Part shown: piece after piece, positions 1 through 7,915 of the stretch
Layout of the letters: each line of letters begins with the position of its first letter
Position numbering within the stretch: the stretch's first letter is position 1
Assembly: GCA_035495315.1 (NCBI GenBank)
Contig: DATJGF010000229.1
Span: 105,613-169,612 of the forward strand
From: Candidatus Limnocylindrales bacterium
Lineage (GTDB): Bacteria > Verrucomicrobiota > Verrucomicrobiia > Limisphaerales > UBA8199
Length of the DNA stretch: 64,000 nt
Direction: 5' to 3'
The notes under the pieces: generated by a model
Database searches by the model: none
The model's input: the letters and a program-made list of their open reading frames with translations, nothing else
What the model was told of the DNA's origin: nothing
Position numbers and translations under genes: made by a program

Positions 1-1
1 C

Positions 2-133
2 AACCCGGTCATCGCCATGGCGGCCGGCACCGTTATTGTCAGCGTAAACCACATTGTCCCGGTGGGGGTGATCTCGCCAGATCATGTCGTAACGCCGGGC
101 GCCGTCGTAGATTACCTGGTTACCAACACCTGA
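2..133 (+). CDS. scoA: 3-oxoacid CoA-transferase subunit A, C-terminal end (5' part lies outside the window)
   Basis: Frame 2 reads NPVIAMAAGTVIVSVNHIVPVGVISPDHVVTPGAVVDYLVTNT and stops at TGA 131-133, 5 nt before the subunit B ATG. This is the usual A-B gene order. Confidence 0.6.
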   Translation, partial: NPVIAMAAGTVIVSVNHIVPVGVISPDHVVTPGAVVDYLVTNT

Positions 134-138
134 ATTCT

Positions 139-789
139 ATGGAGCCTCAACACATTATTGCACGGCGCATCGCCCGGGAGCTTCGCTCGGGAATGCTGGT
201 CAATCTCGGCGTCGGCATACCGACCCTGGTGGCGAATTACGTGCCCGCAGGTGTAAACGTTTTCTTTCAATCCGAAAACGGTCTGATTGGAACGGGTCCG
301 ATCCCTGAAGCAGGCATGGCACACCCTACCCTGACGGATGCGGGTGGCCAACCCGTCACCGCCTTGCCAGGTGCCTGCGCGTTTGATAGTGCGATGTCCT
401 TCGGCTTCATTCGCGGGGGACACTTGGACATGACCGTCCTTGGCGGTTTGCAGGTGGACGAACACGGCCTGCTCGCCAATTGGATGATCCCAGGCAAAAT
501 GGTCCCCGGCATGGGCGGCGCGATGGACCTCGTCACGGGCGCAAAGCGCGTGGTCGTCGCGATGCAACATACCGCCAAAGGTAAACCGAAGATTGTCCGG
601 CAGTGCTCGCTGCCGCTTACCTCAATCCGATCCGTCGACCTGGTTGTGACGGAATTGGCCGTGATTGGTTTCCCCAACGGCCAGGCCACTCTCCTCGAAA
701 CCGCGCCGGGCATAGCCGTTACTGACGTGCTGGCACAGACAGAGGCCAGACTCCAGGTGCCGGACCAGGTTCCGGTCATGCCGTTATAA
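139..789 (+). CDS. scoB: 3-oxoacid (succinyl-CoA:3-ketoacid) CoA-transferase subunit B
   Basis: 216 aa. RIARELRSGMLVNLGVGIPTLVANYVP...FQSENGLIGTGP...GGAMDLV match family I CoA-transferase B-subunit motifs. Confidence 0.9.
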   Translation: MEPQHIIARRIARELRSGMLVNLGVGIPTLVANYVPAGVNVFFQSENGLIGTGPIPEAGMAHPTLTDAGGQPVTALPGACAFDSAMSFGFIRGGHLDMTVLGGLQVDEHGLLANWMIPGKMVPGMGGAMDLVTGAKRVVVAMQHTAKGKPKIVRQCSLPLTSIRSVDLVVTELAVIGFPNGQATLLETAPGIAVTDVLAQTEARLQVPDQVPVMPL

Positions 790-808
790 ATCGCAAACTA
801 TTCTAATT

Positions 809-1591
809 ATGCACACTGTTGTTCCTCATCCCGTTCTTAAAGGCGCCAAAGCGTTCATTATTGGCATCGCGAACGAGCATTCTATCGCCTATGGCTGCGC
901 CAAAGCCTTCCACGAATTGGGCGCCGACCTGGCCATCACCTACCTCAACGATAAGGCCAAACCTTACGTTGAACCGCTCGCACGGCAGCTCGAAGCGCCG
1001 CTTTTTCTCCCGCTCGATTTTGCCCAGCCCGGCAGGCTGGAAGCCGCTTTTGAACAGATACAACGAGCGTGGGGTCAGCTTGATATTCTGGTTCACTCCG
1101 CCGCGTTCGCGCCAAAAGAGGACCTGCAGGGCGGGCTGCTCAATTGCTCCGCTGAGGGGTTCAGCAAAGCGATGGACATCTCTTGCCATTCGTTCATTCG
1201 GGCGGCCAGACTGGCCGCGCCGCTAATGAAAACCGGGGGAACGATGTTCGCCATGACTTATCACGGGGCCAACCGGGTCATCCCCAACTACAACGTCATG
1301 GGCCCGGTTAAAGCCGCACTCGAATGCGCCTGCCGCTACTTGGCTTTCGAATTGGGCGAAAAAAAGATCCGGGTTCACGCCATTTCGCCGGGTCCGTTAA
1401 AAACGCGCGCCTCTTCTGGTCTCAAGGATTTCGACCAATTGCTGGCGGAAGCGGCAGAACGCGCACCGCTTGGCGAACTGGTAGACATCATGGATGTGGG
1501 CTTTGCCTGCGCGTACCTGGCGACACCTTACGCTCGCCGGATTACTGGCGGCACTATCTATGTCGATGGTGGCGCCAATATCCGCGCCTGA
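809..1591 (+). CDS. fabI: enoyl-[acyl-carrier-protein] reductase (NADH), FabI
   Basis: 260 aa. GKAFIIGIANEHSIAYGCAKAF dinucleotide fold, YHGANRVIPNYNVMGPVKAALE (Tyr/Lys catalytic region), ISPGPLKTRASSG. Confidence 0.9.
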   Translation: MHTVVPHPVLKGAKAFIIGIANEHSIAYGCAKAFHELGADLAITYLNDKAKPYVEPLARQLEAPLFLPLDFAQPGRLEAAFEQIQRAWGQLDILVHSAAFAPKEDLQGGLLNCSAEGFSKAMDISCHSFIRAARLAAPLMKTGGTMFAMTYHGANRVIPNYNVMGPVKAALECACRYLAFELGEKKIRVHAISPGPLKTRASSGLKDFDQLLAEAAERAPLGELVDIMDVGFACAYLATPYARRITGGTIYVDGGANIRA

Positions 1592-1620
1592 TAAAGTGCG
1601 AGCCTGAGCGCGTCATCTGA

Positions 1621-1684
1621 GGAGCGATGCAGGGTTGGAGCGATGCAGGGTTGGAGCGATGCAGGGTTGGAGTGATGGAGTGGT
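1621..1684. repeat. tandem 16-nt repeat GGAGCGATGCAGGGTT, three exact units plus one degenerate unit
   Basis: Exact units at 1621-1636, 1637-1652 and 1653-1668. A degenerate unit GGAGTGATGGAGTGGT follows at 1669-1684. The array lies 30 nt after the fabI stop. Confidence 0.85.
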
Positions 1685-1699
1685 GGGGTTTGGCCTGGT

Positions 1700-1875
1700 C
1701 GTTTCTCCCTCTCCTCCACCGGAGGAGAGGGCTGGGGAGAGGAGGACTTTTCTCACCGAGCTTCACGCGAGCACTCATTTGCTCGCACACGTGCATTGGA
1801 CCATAACTCTCGACATTTCGCTCGTCCTCGTCCTCGATCTTCATCGATAACAACGACGATGAGAACGAGAAGAAT
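1700..1875. repeat. composite intergenic repeat, copy A (GGAGAGGG hairpin plus CGTCCTCG hairpin family)
   Basis: Perfect 11-bp stem CCCTCTCCTCC(1707-1717)/GGAGGAGAGGG(1721-1731). About 90 nt downstream is GCTCGTCCTCGTCCTCGAT (1821-1839) with a degenerate partner. Colinear with 27633-27795. Confidence 0.65.
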
Positions 1876-1939
1876 CCGACAGGTTCATGCAGAGGAGGCC
1901 ACACTTTTTGAAACTGCTCTAGAAGAGAAATCGGACGTA

Positions 1940-2404
1940 TCACTGCTTGGCTACCCGCGAAAGATGGGTACTAATCGCTTGCCAGCGCCCATCGCGCCTG
2001 ATGAAAACATCGGTGAACCGGAACTGTCCGCTGGCGTCTTTACCCTGGACTTTGATTTTTTCCGTCACCAGGCCGTAAGCAATCGCAGTATCACCAAAAA
2101 CGCGCACTTTCAGCTCGTCGTTGTGAACGGATTCAAACGCGACCGAGCCCGACTTTAAATCAGCGTCAGCCTTCGCTTTGGTAACCAGGCTACCGTCCGC
2201 ATCGGCAAGCATCCAATCCTGGGCCTCAATCCGATCGATGACAGTCTGATCGCCCTTGACCAGGGCATCGGCCCATTCTTGTTCGACTTTTTTGATAGCT
2301 TGCTCGGCATCTTTCGACTTTTCATCTGCGGCTCGCAATAATTCAGTATTGGCGAAAGCGGCAAGCGCGACGCCAACGAGTAATGGAATCGATATTATTT
2401 TCAT
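1940..2404 (-). CDS. secreted SnoaL-like/DUF4440 (NTF2-fold) protein
   Basis: Start chosen at MKIISIPLLVGVALAAFA (signal peptide; ATG at 2404). KKVEQEWADALVKGD...DVFIRRDGRWQAISTHLS is typical of DUF4440. Confidence 0.7.
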   Translation of the reverse strand: MKIISIPLLVGVALAAFANTELLRAADEKSKDAEQAIKKVEQEWADALVKGDQTVIDRIEAQDWMLADADGSLVTKAKADADLKSGSVAFESVHNDELKVRVFGDTAIAYGLVTEKIKVQGKDASGQFRFTDVFIRRDGRWQAISTHLSRVAKQ

Positions 2405-2602
2405 AGATTGTGAGTTGAGGTTTGGCGACCCATGGATAACAACGACTGGAATTTCGCGACCATAGGCCGGCCGGTTAAGAAAAATCAAGATTCAAAATTA
2501 GGACCCTACCTGACTTTTTGCGGGTGATCCTGGTTCGTGCCAGAAATCACTGCCCCTTTAGTTCCATTCACAGAAAGCCATTCGTGCCCTATCAATTGTC
2601 CC

Positions 2603-2899
2603 ATGGACAACTTGATTACTGTCGTTAGCCGCTTCCAACTGCCTGCTGGCGTTACCGCCGATCAGATTCGCGCTGCGTTTGAGGAGGCCGCACCAAGATT
2701 CCGCAACGTGCCCGGTTTAGTCCGGAAACAATTCCTGTGTTCAAAGGACTGCCGGACCGCTGGCGGAGTTTATTTGTGGAACGATGAACCTGCCGCCCGT
2801 GCGTTCATGAACGAGCGCGTCGCACCGATGATTCGCCAGAAGTTTCATGTCGATCCTACCATCGAATTCTACGATTCGCCTGTGATCGTGGAGAATTGA
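2603..2899 (+). CDS. YdhR-like putative monooxygenase (Dabb fold)
   Basis: Start taken at ATG 2603 (MDNLITVV); the track ORF begins at an upstream GTG. GGVYLWNDEPAARAF resembles the YdhR GGIYLF.DE motif. Size is about 98 aa. Confidence 0.6.
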   Translation: MDNLITVVSRFQLPAGVTADQIRAAFEEAAPRFRNVPGLVRKQFLCSKDCRTAGGVYLWNDEPAARAFMNERVAPMIRQKFHVDPTIEFYDSPVIVEN

Positions 2900-2944
2900 A
2901 TGCAAAGCCGCAGCATCCAGCACTGACCGACCGCTCCGGCCGAT

Positions 2945-3276
2945 TTACGAACCCGAACTGGCCAAGGAGGGTACGTGCAGATCGACCAAACACCAGTGGC
3001 CTACCTGGAAACGGGCCATGGCAAAACCAAGCAAGTTTGTCTCTGGACCGGCTGCCGATGCCTTTTCTGGTGGAACACCGGTCGTGGCGCAGCCCGTCTG
3101 GAAACGGTCGTCAGACACCATGCCTGGATTTGCCAATCGATCTTCTGACAAGCTTCATCGAGGGTTTCCAAAAAGACGACTCAGTCTTTGTCATCGTGGA
3201 AGATCGGCTCGCGACGGTCGCCGCGGTTCATGACATGATAAATGGCTCCCGGATACTTCTGGCCCCGACTTTGCAT
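2945..3276 (-). pseudogene. decayed REP-associated/IS200-like Y1 transposase (RayT-like) remnant
   Basis: Minus strand reads MQSRGQKYPGAIYHVMNRGDRREPIFHDDKD, then an in-frame TGA at 3181-3183, then VVFLETLDEACQKIDWQIQAWCL. After a frameshift it reads PETNLLGFAMARFQVGHWCLVDLHV and is then truncated. The N-terminal YHVMNRG..RE.IF and FLETL...AWCL blocks are typical of this family. Confidence 0.55.
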
Positions 3277-3436
3277 AACCCCCACTTGCGGGGACGCGTC
3301 TATTAACGGGACAGGTCTGTCAATGTTATACGACAATCTGACGCTACGCGCGGCAGGCACTCGTCCAATTCTCAAAAGCGATTGGCTTACGCTCTGCTTT
3401 TCATTTATGGGCACGCGGACCAGAAAAACAGCACTA

Positions 3437-6199
3437 ATGAAAAGAACTCTCCCGCGCAATCTCTCCCACTTATGTTTCGTCGCGATACTGGTCCTAGCTG
3501 CAATCGATTCTCGGGCTTGCGGAACCGGTACCACGACGATCACCAACCTTCCAGCCCTTAATCTCGGTGGGTACCAGGTCTACGCGTTGAACCCGAAGGG
3601 CGAGCTCACCGGGTTTTTCTATGACGCAACTCACGGTCCTCATGCCTTTATTTACGAGACGGGCGCTCTTGCGGACCTTGGGACTTTGGGCGGCGCCATG
3701 AGCTTCGGTTACGCCATGAACTCCGCGGGCCAAGTAGCAGGGCAAGCGGATCTCGGCACCTCCAGCCAGAGCCACGCATTCCTCTACACCGGCGGATCTC
3801 TTACCGACCTCGGGACCTTAGGGGGTTCCCAGAGTAGCGCGGCTGCCATAAATGAAACCGGCCAGGTCGCAGGAAATTCCTTAACGGCAGGTGATGCTGG
3901 CCCGGTGGCCTTTCTCTACGCGAATGGATCCATGATGGGTTTGGGCACCTTGGGAAGCAATTACAGTTCGGCTTTTGCGCTCAATAACGCCGGCATGGTA
4001 GTAGGGGAATCCGGCCTGGCGGATGGGGCTATCCATGGCTTCCTTTATGCCAACGGGGTTTTGTCCGACCTCGGAACCTTGGGTAGCAACTACAGTTCGG
4101 CGTTTGCCCTCAATGATGCCGGCCTTATCGTCGGCGAATCATCCATCTCCAGCGGTGATACCCATGCTTTCATTTATGCCAATGGCGTTATGACTGACCT
4201 TGGCACCTTCGGCGGCACCTATTCCACCGCGTTCGTGGTCAATACCAATAGCCAGGTGGCAGGAGTGGCTACTACCACAAACGATCAGGAAACCCACGGG
4301 TTCCTCTACGATCATGGCACCATGACCGATCTCGGCACCCTCGGTGGCACTTACAGTTCGGTCTGGACTATCAACAACCGCGCTCAAGTCGTCGGCGATT
4401 CCGCGACCACTAACGGAACTCGGCATGCCTTTCTGTGGGAGAAAAACAAAATGGTGGACCTGAACACGCTGTTGCCAGCCAATTCCGGTTGGGAACTGAT
4501 CAGTGCCCAGTTCATTAATGATTCCGACCGCATCGTCGGTTTCGGCCTTTATGGCGGCGCCAACCAATGGTTCGTAATGGATCTTTCTTCAGGGAACAAC
4601 CCACCTTTGGCTATCGCCGGCCCAGACCAAACTGTCGATTGCCAGGCCCAGGTCAGCCTCGATGGTTCTGCCTCAACCGATCCGGACCACGACCCGCTCA
4701 TGTTCGAGTGGAGCCTGGGAGACACCATTTTGGGAACGAACGCAACCCTGACCGTCTCGCTTCCTCTCGGCACCAACGTTCTTATCCTTAAGGTCACTGA
4801 TCCTTGCGGCGCCTGCGGCCAAACCAATGTCCTCGTCACGGTCCTCGATAGCGCCCCACCCACCGTCTCTTGCCCAAACGACATCTCAGCGGCCAATGAC
4901 GCCGGCAAATGCAGCGCGACCCTCACCGTAGGCGCCCCGACGGTCAGTGATGACTGCGGCACCACCGCCCCGGTGGGAGTGCGCAGTGACAACCTGTCCC
5001 TGACCGATCCTTATCCAGTCGGCCTTACGATCATCACCTGGACAGAGACCGACATTCAAAACAACAAGGCGGCATGCAACCAAACCGTGACCGTCAACGA
5101 CACCGAAAAGCCGGTTGTGCATCCTCCGGCTAACATCGCCGTGAAGAATGACGCGGGCCAGTGTTCGGCCAGCGTTAGCTTTGCCGCCAACCCGACTGAC
5201 AACTGCGGCGTGGCCAGCACGGTTTATGAGGTTGGTGCGACATCAATCAGCTCGCCATATATCTTCCCAGTCGGTCAGACTATTGTGAACGTGACTGTGA
5301 CCGACATTCACAACAACACCGCCTCGGCCAGCTTCACCGTGACAGTCATTGACAATGAACCGCCGAGCATTGCCTGCCCGCCCGACCTCGTCATTTCCGC
5401 AGGGGGCGCGTGCACAGCGGTCACCCTGAGCGCCACAGACCTTGGGACCCCGGTGGTTTCCGACAACTGTGGCGTAGCCAACGTGAGCTGCAATGCGCCC
5501 GCCAACTTCCCGATCGGCGTCACCACCGTGAATTGGACTGTCACCGACGTTAACGGGAACAGCACGACTTGCTCCCAGAAGGTCAGTGTGACGACCGACA
5601 ACTCCATCGCAGCAAACTTCAATGGGACCGCCATCTCGGCGGGCGAAACCGTCTGGTTCTCCGCCGTGTTGAAGCCAAAGTTGCCTAAGAACTTCAGCGG
5701 CCCGATTACGATTCGGTTCCTCGGTCAGAAGATCGCTTCCAGCCAGTTCAACCTGGCGGTGCCGGATGCGACCGTGATCTTTGACGACGTCCCGTGCGCC
5801 AGGACGACCTGCGATGGATCGGGCCGCTGGACGACGGTGGCTCCGAAGTCCGGCTTAGCTGGCAACTTCTTCCTGTCAGGCCTCGCCTACACGCTCCCGC
5901 AATCACTCCCTGGCGGACTACAGGCGGTGACGTGGTCGGGCACGTTCATCACGGATACGCCTGGTGTCACCCTGAAATGGCAATGGGCGGCGGCCGTGTA
6001 CACCCAGTTCGGCAGCGCCTGCAACGAGGTGAAGTCCACCGACGATACCAAGGGCGACTGCACGTACCAGAACTCGGACCACGCCGGCACGCCGGAGAGT
6101 TCCAAGCAATACGTCATCGGCGGCGCCAGGGGCGGTGGTGGCTCGAATTGGACGGGCAGTCTCAGCGGTACTCAGGCGGTGGCGCCCTGCGGCCCGTAA
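3437..6199 (+). CDS. large secreted surface protein: 7 HAF repeats, one PKD-like domain, 4 HYR-like domains, unknown C-terminal domain
   Basis: Start at MKRTLPRNLSHLCFVAILVLAA (signal; ATG 3437). Repeats H(A/G)F(L/I)Y..G.M.DLGTLGG..S.A.A(I/L)N..GQVVG span about 3641-4555. GPDQTVDCQAQVSLDGSASTDPDHDPL is PKD-like. Four units of the P.V.CP.dI....D.G.C.A.V....P...DNCG type (HYR) span about 4855-5590. Confidence 0.85.
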   Translation: MKRTLPRNLSHLCFVAILVLAAIDSRACGTGTTTITNLPALNLGGYQVYALNPKGELTGFFYDATHGPHAFIYETGALADLGTLGGAMSFGYAMNSAGQVAGQADLGTSSQSHAFLYTGGSLTDLGTLGGSQSSAAAINETGQVAGNSLTAGDAGPVAFLYANGSMMGLGTLGSNYSSAFALNNAGMVVGESGLADGAIHGFLYANGVLSDLGTLGSNYSSAFALNDAGLIVGESSISSGDTHAFIYANGVMTDLGTFGGTYSTAFVVNTNSQVAGVATTTNDQETHGFLYDHGTMTDLGTLGGTYSSVWTINNRAQVVGDSATTNGTRHAFLWEKNKMVDLNTLLPANSGWELISAQFINDSDRIVGFGLYGGANQWFVMDLSSGNNPPLAIAGPDQTVDCQAQVSLDGSASTDPDHDPLMFEWSLGDTILGTNATLTVSLPLGTNVLILKVTDPCGACGQTNVLVTVLDSAPPTVSCPNDISAANDAGKCSATLTVGAPTVSDDCGTTAPVGVRSDNLSLTDPYPVGLTIITWTETDIQNNKAACNQTVTVNDTEKPVVHPPANIAVKNDAGQCSASVSFAANPTDNCGVASTVYEVGATSISSPYIFPVGQTIVNVTVTDIHNNTASASFTVTVIDNEPPSIACPPDLVISAGGACTAVTLSATDLGTPVVSDNCGVANVSCNAPANFPIGVTTVNWTVTDVNGNSTTCSQKVSVTTDNSIAANFNGTAISAGETVWFSAVLKPKLPKNFSGPITIRFLGQKIASSQFNLAVPDATVIFDDVPCARTTCDGSGRWTTVAPKSGLAGNFFLSGLAYTLPQSLPGGLQAVTWSGTFITDTPGVTLKWQWAAAVYTQFGSACNEVKSTDDTKGDCTYQNSDHAGTPESSKQYVIGGARGGGGSNWTGSLSGTQAVAPCGP

Positions 6200-6545
6200 C
6201 GCGGAAATGAGATAAGCTTTTGAGGTCGTTTCGCGTCTGCTCGCGGGCGTTGCCCTTTGCGTCGCGACCCAATGTTCGTGCAAAGGCTTCACTCCCCAGC
6301 CGTCTCCCGGGCGCGACTGTGGAAGAGCGCGGCGACCGGGTTCCAAACGGAAGCCGAGTCGTTCCGTTGCGCACAACCGTGACACTGGATTTGAATGGCG
6401 CCTTCCACAGTCGCTGACTAATTATCCGAATTGCCCTATCTGCCCGGCGCGACGGCGGTTCGCTGCCGCGCCCTGGCTAGGCAACTTTTTGTAACACCAC
6501 GCTGCCCCAATATGTCCGAGGAGAGCCCGTGCCTTCTGTCCTCGG

Positions 6546-6926
6546 CTACTGATCGAGTAGCAATCGATGGAACAGACAGGGCTGGGTGAAGGGCTCATAC
6601 CATTCCTCCAAGCCACCGCGCCCGATGATTTTGACGCCCGTATCAGTCCAAGTCGAAAGATTGGTACTGGATTGCACTGAGTAAACCTGACCCGTCACGC
6701 TCTGCCAGGTGAAGTGTTCGGCCAGCGAGCACTGTATGACTAAAAACTGACCTGTACCGCCACCTGCACCGACGTAAGCGGTATGACCGCACACAGTAGC
6801 CGGGCCAAGGGGGCGCACAACGGCATTTGTGCCGACGTAAATCATTTCCGGTCGGTTAATCACTACGGATGACCCGGCTGCTGCCATGGCCAATAGTGAG
6901 ATTGAGAAAATTCCTATGAGTTTCAT
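6546..6926 (-). CDS. small secreted hypothetical protein
   Basis: 126 aa. Signal peptide MKLIGIFSISLLAMAAAG. The C-terminal block FTWQSVTGQVYSVQSSTNLSTW...LFHRL resembles the terminal beta-sandwich motif seen at ends of PVC surface proteins. Confidence 0.5.
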   Translation of the reverse strand: MKLIGIFSISLLAMAAAGSSVVINRPEMIYVGTNAVVRPLGPATVCGHTAYVGAGGGTGQFLVIQCSLAEHFTWQSVTGQVYSVQSSTNLSTWTDTGVKIIGRGGLEEWYEPFTQPCLFHRLLLDQ

Positions 6927-7538
6927 TTAACATAATCCCGCGGCCGAGGCCGTTCACTTCTTTTTAGGTTGACTCTCGTGCGTTTCAACTGACGCAGAGG
7001 GCCAAACCCCTAACGGTGTTAAAGCGATTCACGTGCCGACGGCGCGCCATCCAAGTTTTTACCCGTCAGAGGGGGAGGGAGGGAAAAGATTTTACACCGT
7101 GGAATGCTGGAATTACCGGTACAATCTCGGACTTTCCCCTGAGAGATGGAGACCGCTTTCAAAAAGATTTTGCTGGACTGCGGTAGCTTGTGACGAGACG
7201 GCGCAATGGGCGTGTAAGCTTTCTTTCCAACAAGCGGGCCTGAATGGAAAGTGAATTGCTCGCAAAAGAGACCAGCCGCAGAGTACACAGCGCAGCGAAG
7301 CCGCAACCAAAGAGTAGCGGACTAAAGAATAAAAGAAGGGTCAAACCGTGGGTCAAACCGTAGGTTGTCCTCCGGGTCACTTTGCAATGACGTTTGACAT
7401 TCGAGAGATCACTTTCACCCGCAGTGCGATAGCTCGGGCGCGCAGTGCGTCCAGCATGGCCAACTTTTCCTCAATGGGCTTGGTCGCGGGCGTTGGCGGA
7501 ACTCGCGCTTGCTCGCATGATTTTGGCCAGGTCAAAAG

Positions 7539-7784
7539 TCATGCTGTGCCCCCCAGGAATTGTTGTTCAAACCGTCGCCAGGCTGCTGTGAGTCCATGGC
7601 GCACGATGACATCTTGAATGCGCGCGGTGTCGAGCGCGCCGGCTTCAATGAATTGGAGTAAGCGGGCTTTGTCTTTAGCGCGTCCGTTCTGCGGCTCAAT
7701 GGCTGCTAGGTGTTCGGCGGTGCGGCGAATGACGCTGTCTGCCTGCATCTGATTGATCGCTGCGATGGTATCTTTGATATTCAC
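7539..7784 (-). CDS. hypothetical small protein, first member of an ATGA-coupled pair
   Basis: 81-aa ORF. Its TGA (7541-7539) overlaps the ATG (7542-7540) of a downstream ORF that is broken by a frameshift. The KDKARLLQFIEAGALD...HGL..W..F tail vaguely recalls nucleotidyltransferase-type antitoxin/AbiEii-like C-termini. This was not verified. Confidence 0.35.
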   Translation of the reverse strand: MNIKDTIAAINQMQADSVIRRTAEHLAAIEPQNGRAKDKARLLQFIEAGALDTARIQDVIVRHGLTAAWRRFEQQFLGGTA

Positions 7785-7915
7785 AATCCGCGAGGTTGGT
7801 TGACGCCATTTATTCGTCGCCGTAAATCAGCGCAAAACAGGTTTTCTGGATCTTCGTTCCCTCAAATCGTGTATGGACGCAACCGCAGCCGGGGGGGTAT
7901 ATTCGAGCTGCTTTT

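Noticed and set aside
1621-1684. Short exact direct repeats that might have been a mini-CRISPR array.
   Set aside because: The units are contiguous with no spacers and only 16 nt long, and there are no cas genes. This is a simple tandem repeat.
1554-1943. ORFs predicted across the repeat-filled spacers: 1554-1943, 1635-1850, 27502-27879, 27477-27692, 28649-29053 and 28357-28767.
   Set aside because: Their sequences (SPLPSPLLRWRRG, GEPSLP, EDEDE-type runs) are translations of the palindromic repeats. Both strands are open, as expected for palindromes, and none has start or SD support.
2896-3306. 136-aa plus-strand ORF downstream of the YdhR-like gene.
   Set aside because: It is antisense to the RayT-like remnant, whose conserved blocks explain the region better. 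It has no motifs.
3242-3436. 5' extension of the HAF-repeat ORF (65 extra codons). The PagL-like ORF (31722-32069) and several others (16319, 28706, 56761, 43773) have similar extensions.
   Set aside because: Internal ATGs immediately precede clear signal peptides or conserved N-termini. The extensions overlap neighbouring features or use TTG/GTG codons with no support.
4190-4215. TGGCAC words, examined as possible sigma54 -24 elements because an NtrC-type activator is present. Examples: 4196 and 36066, and on the minus strand near 2537, 46290, 50090 and 59018.
   Set aside because: None is followed by TTGC at the required N5 spacing, and most lie inside coding sequence.
7062-7086. G-rich tract GAGGGGGAGGGAGGGAAAAG, considered as a potential G-quadruplex.
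   Set aside because: It has only three G-runs of at least 3, so a canonical four-run G4 cannot form.
7100-7145. The minus strand reads AGGGGAAAGTCCGAGAT, reminiscent of the RNase P RNA P4 motif GAGGAAAGUCCGGGC.
   Set aside because: The other universally conserved RNase P blocks are absent within the expected 300-400 nt. These include ACAGAA.CCGGCUUA, GGUAA modules and AGGGUGAAA. The expected 3' part would also run into the 6546-6926 ORF.
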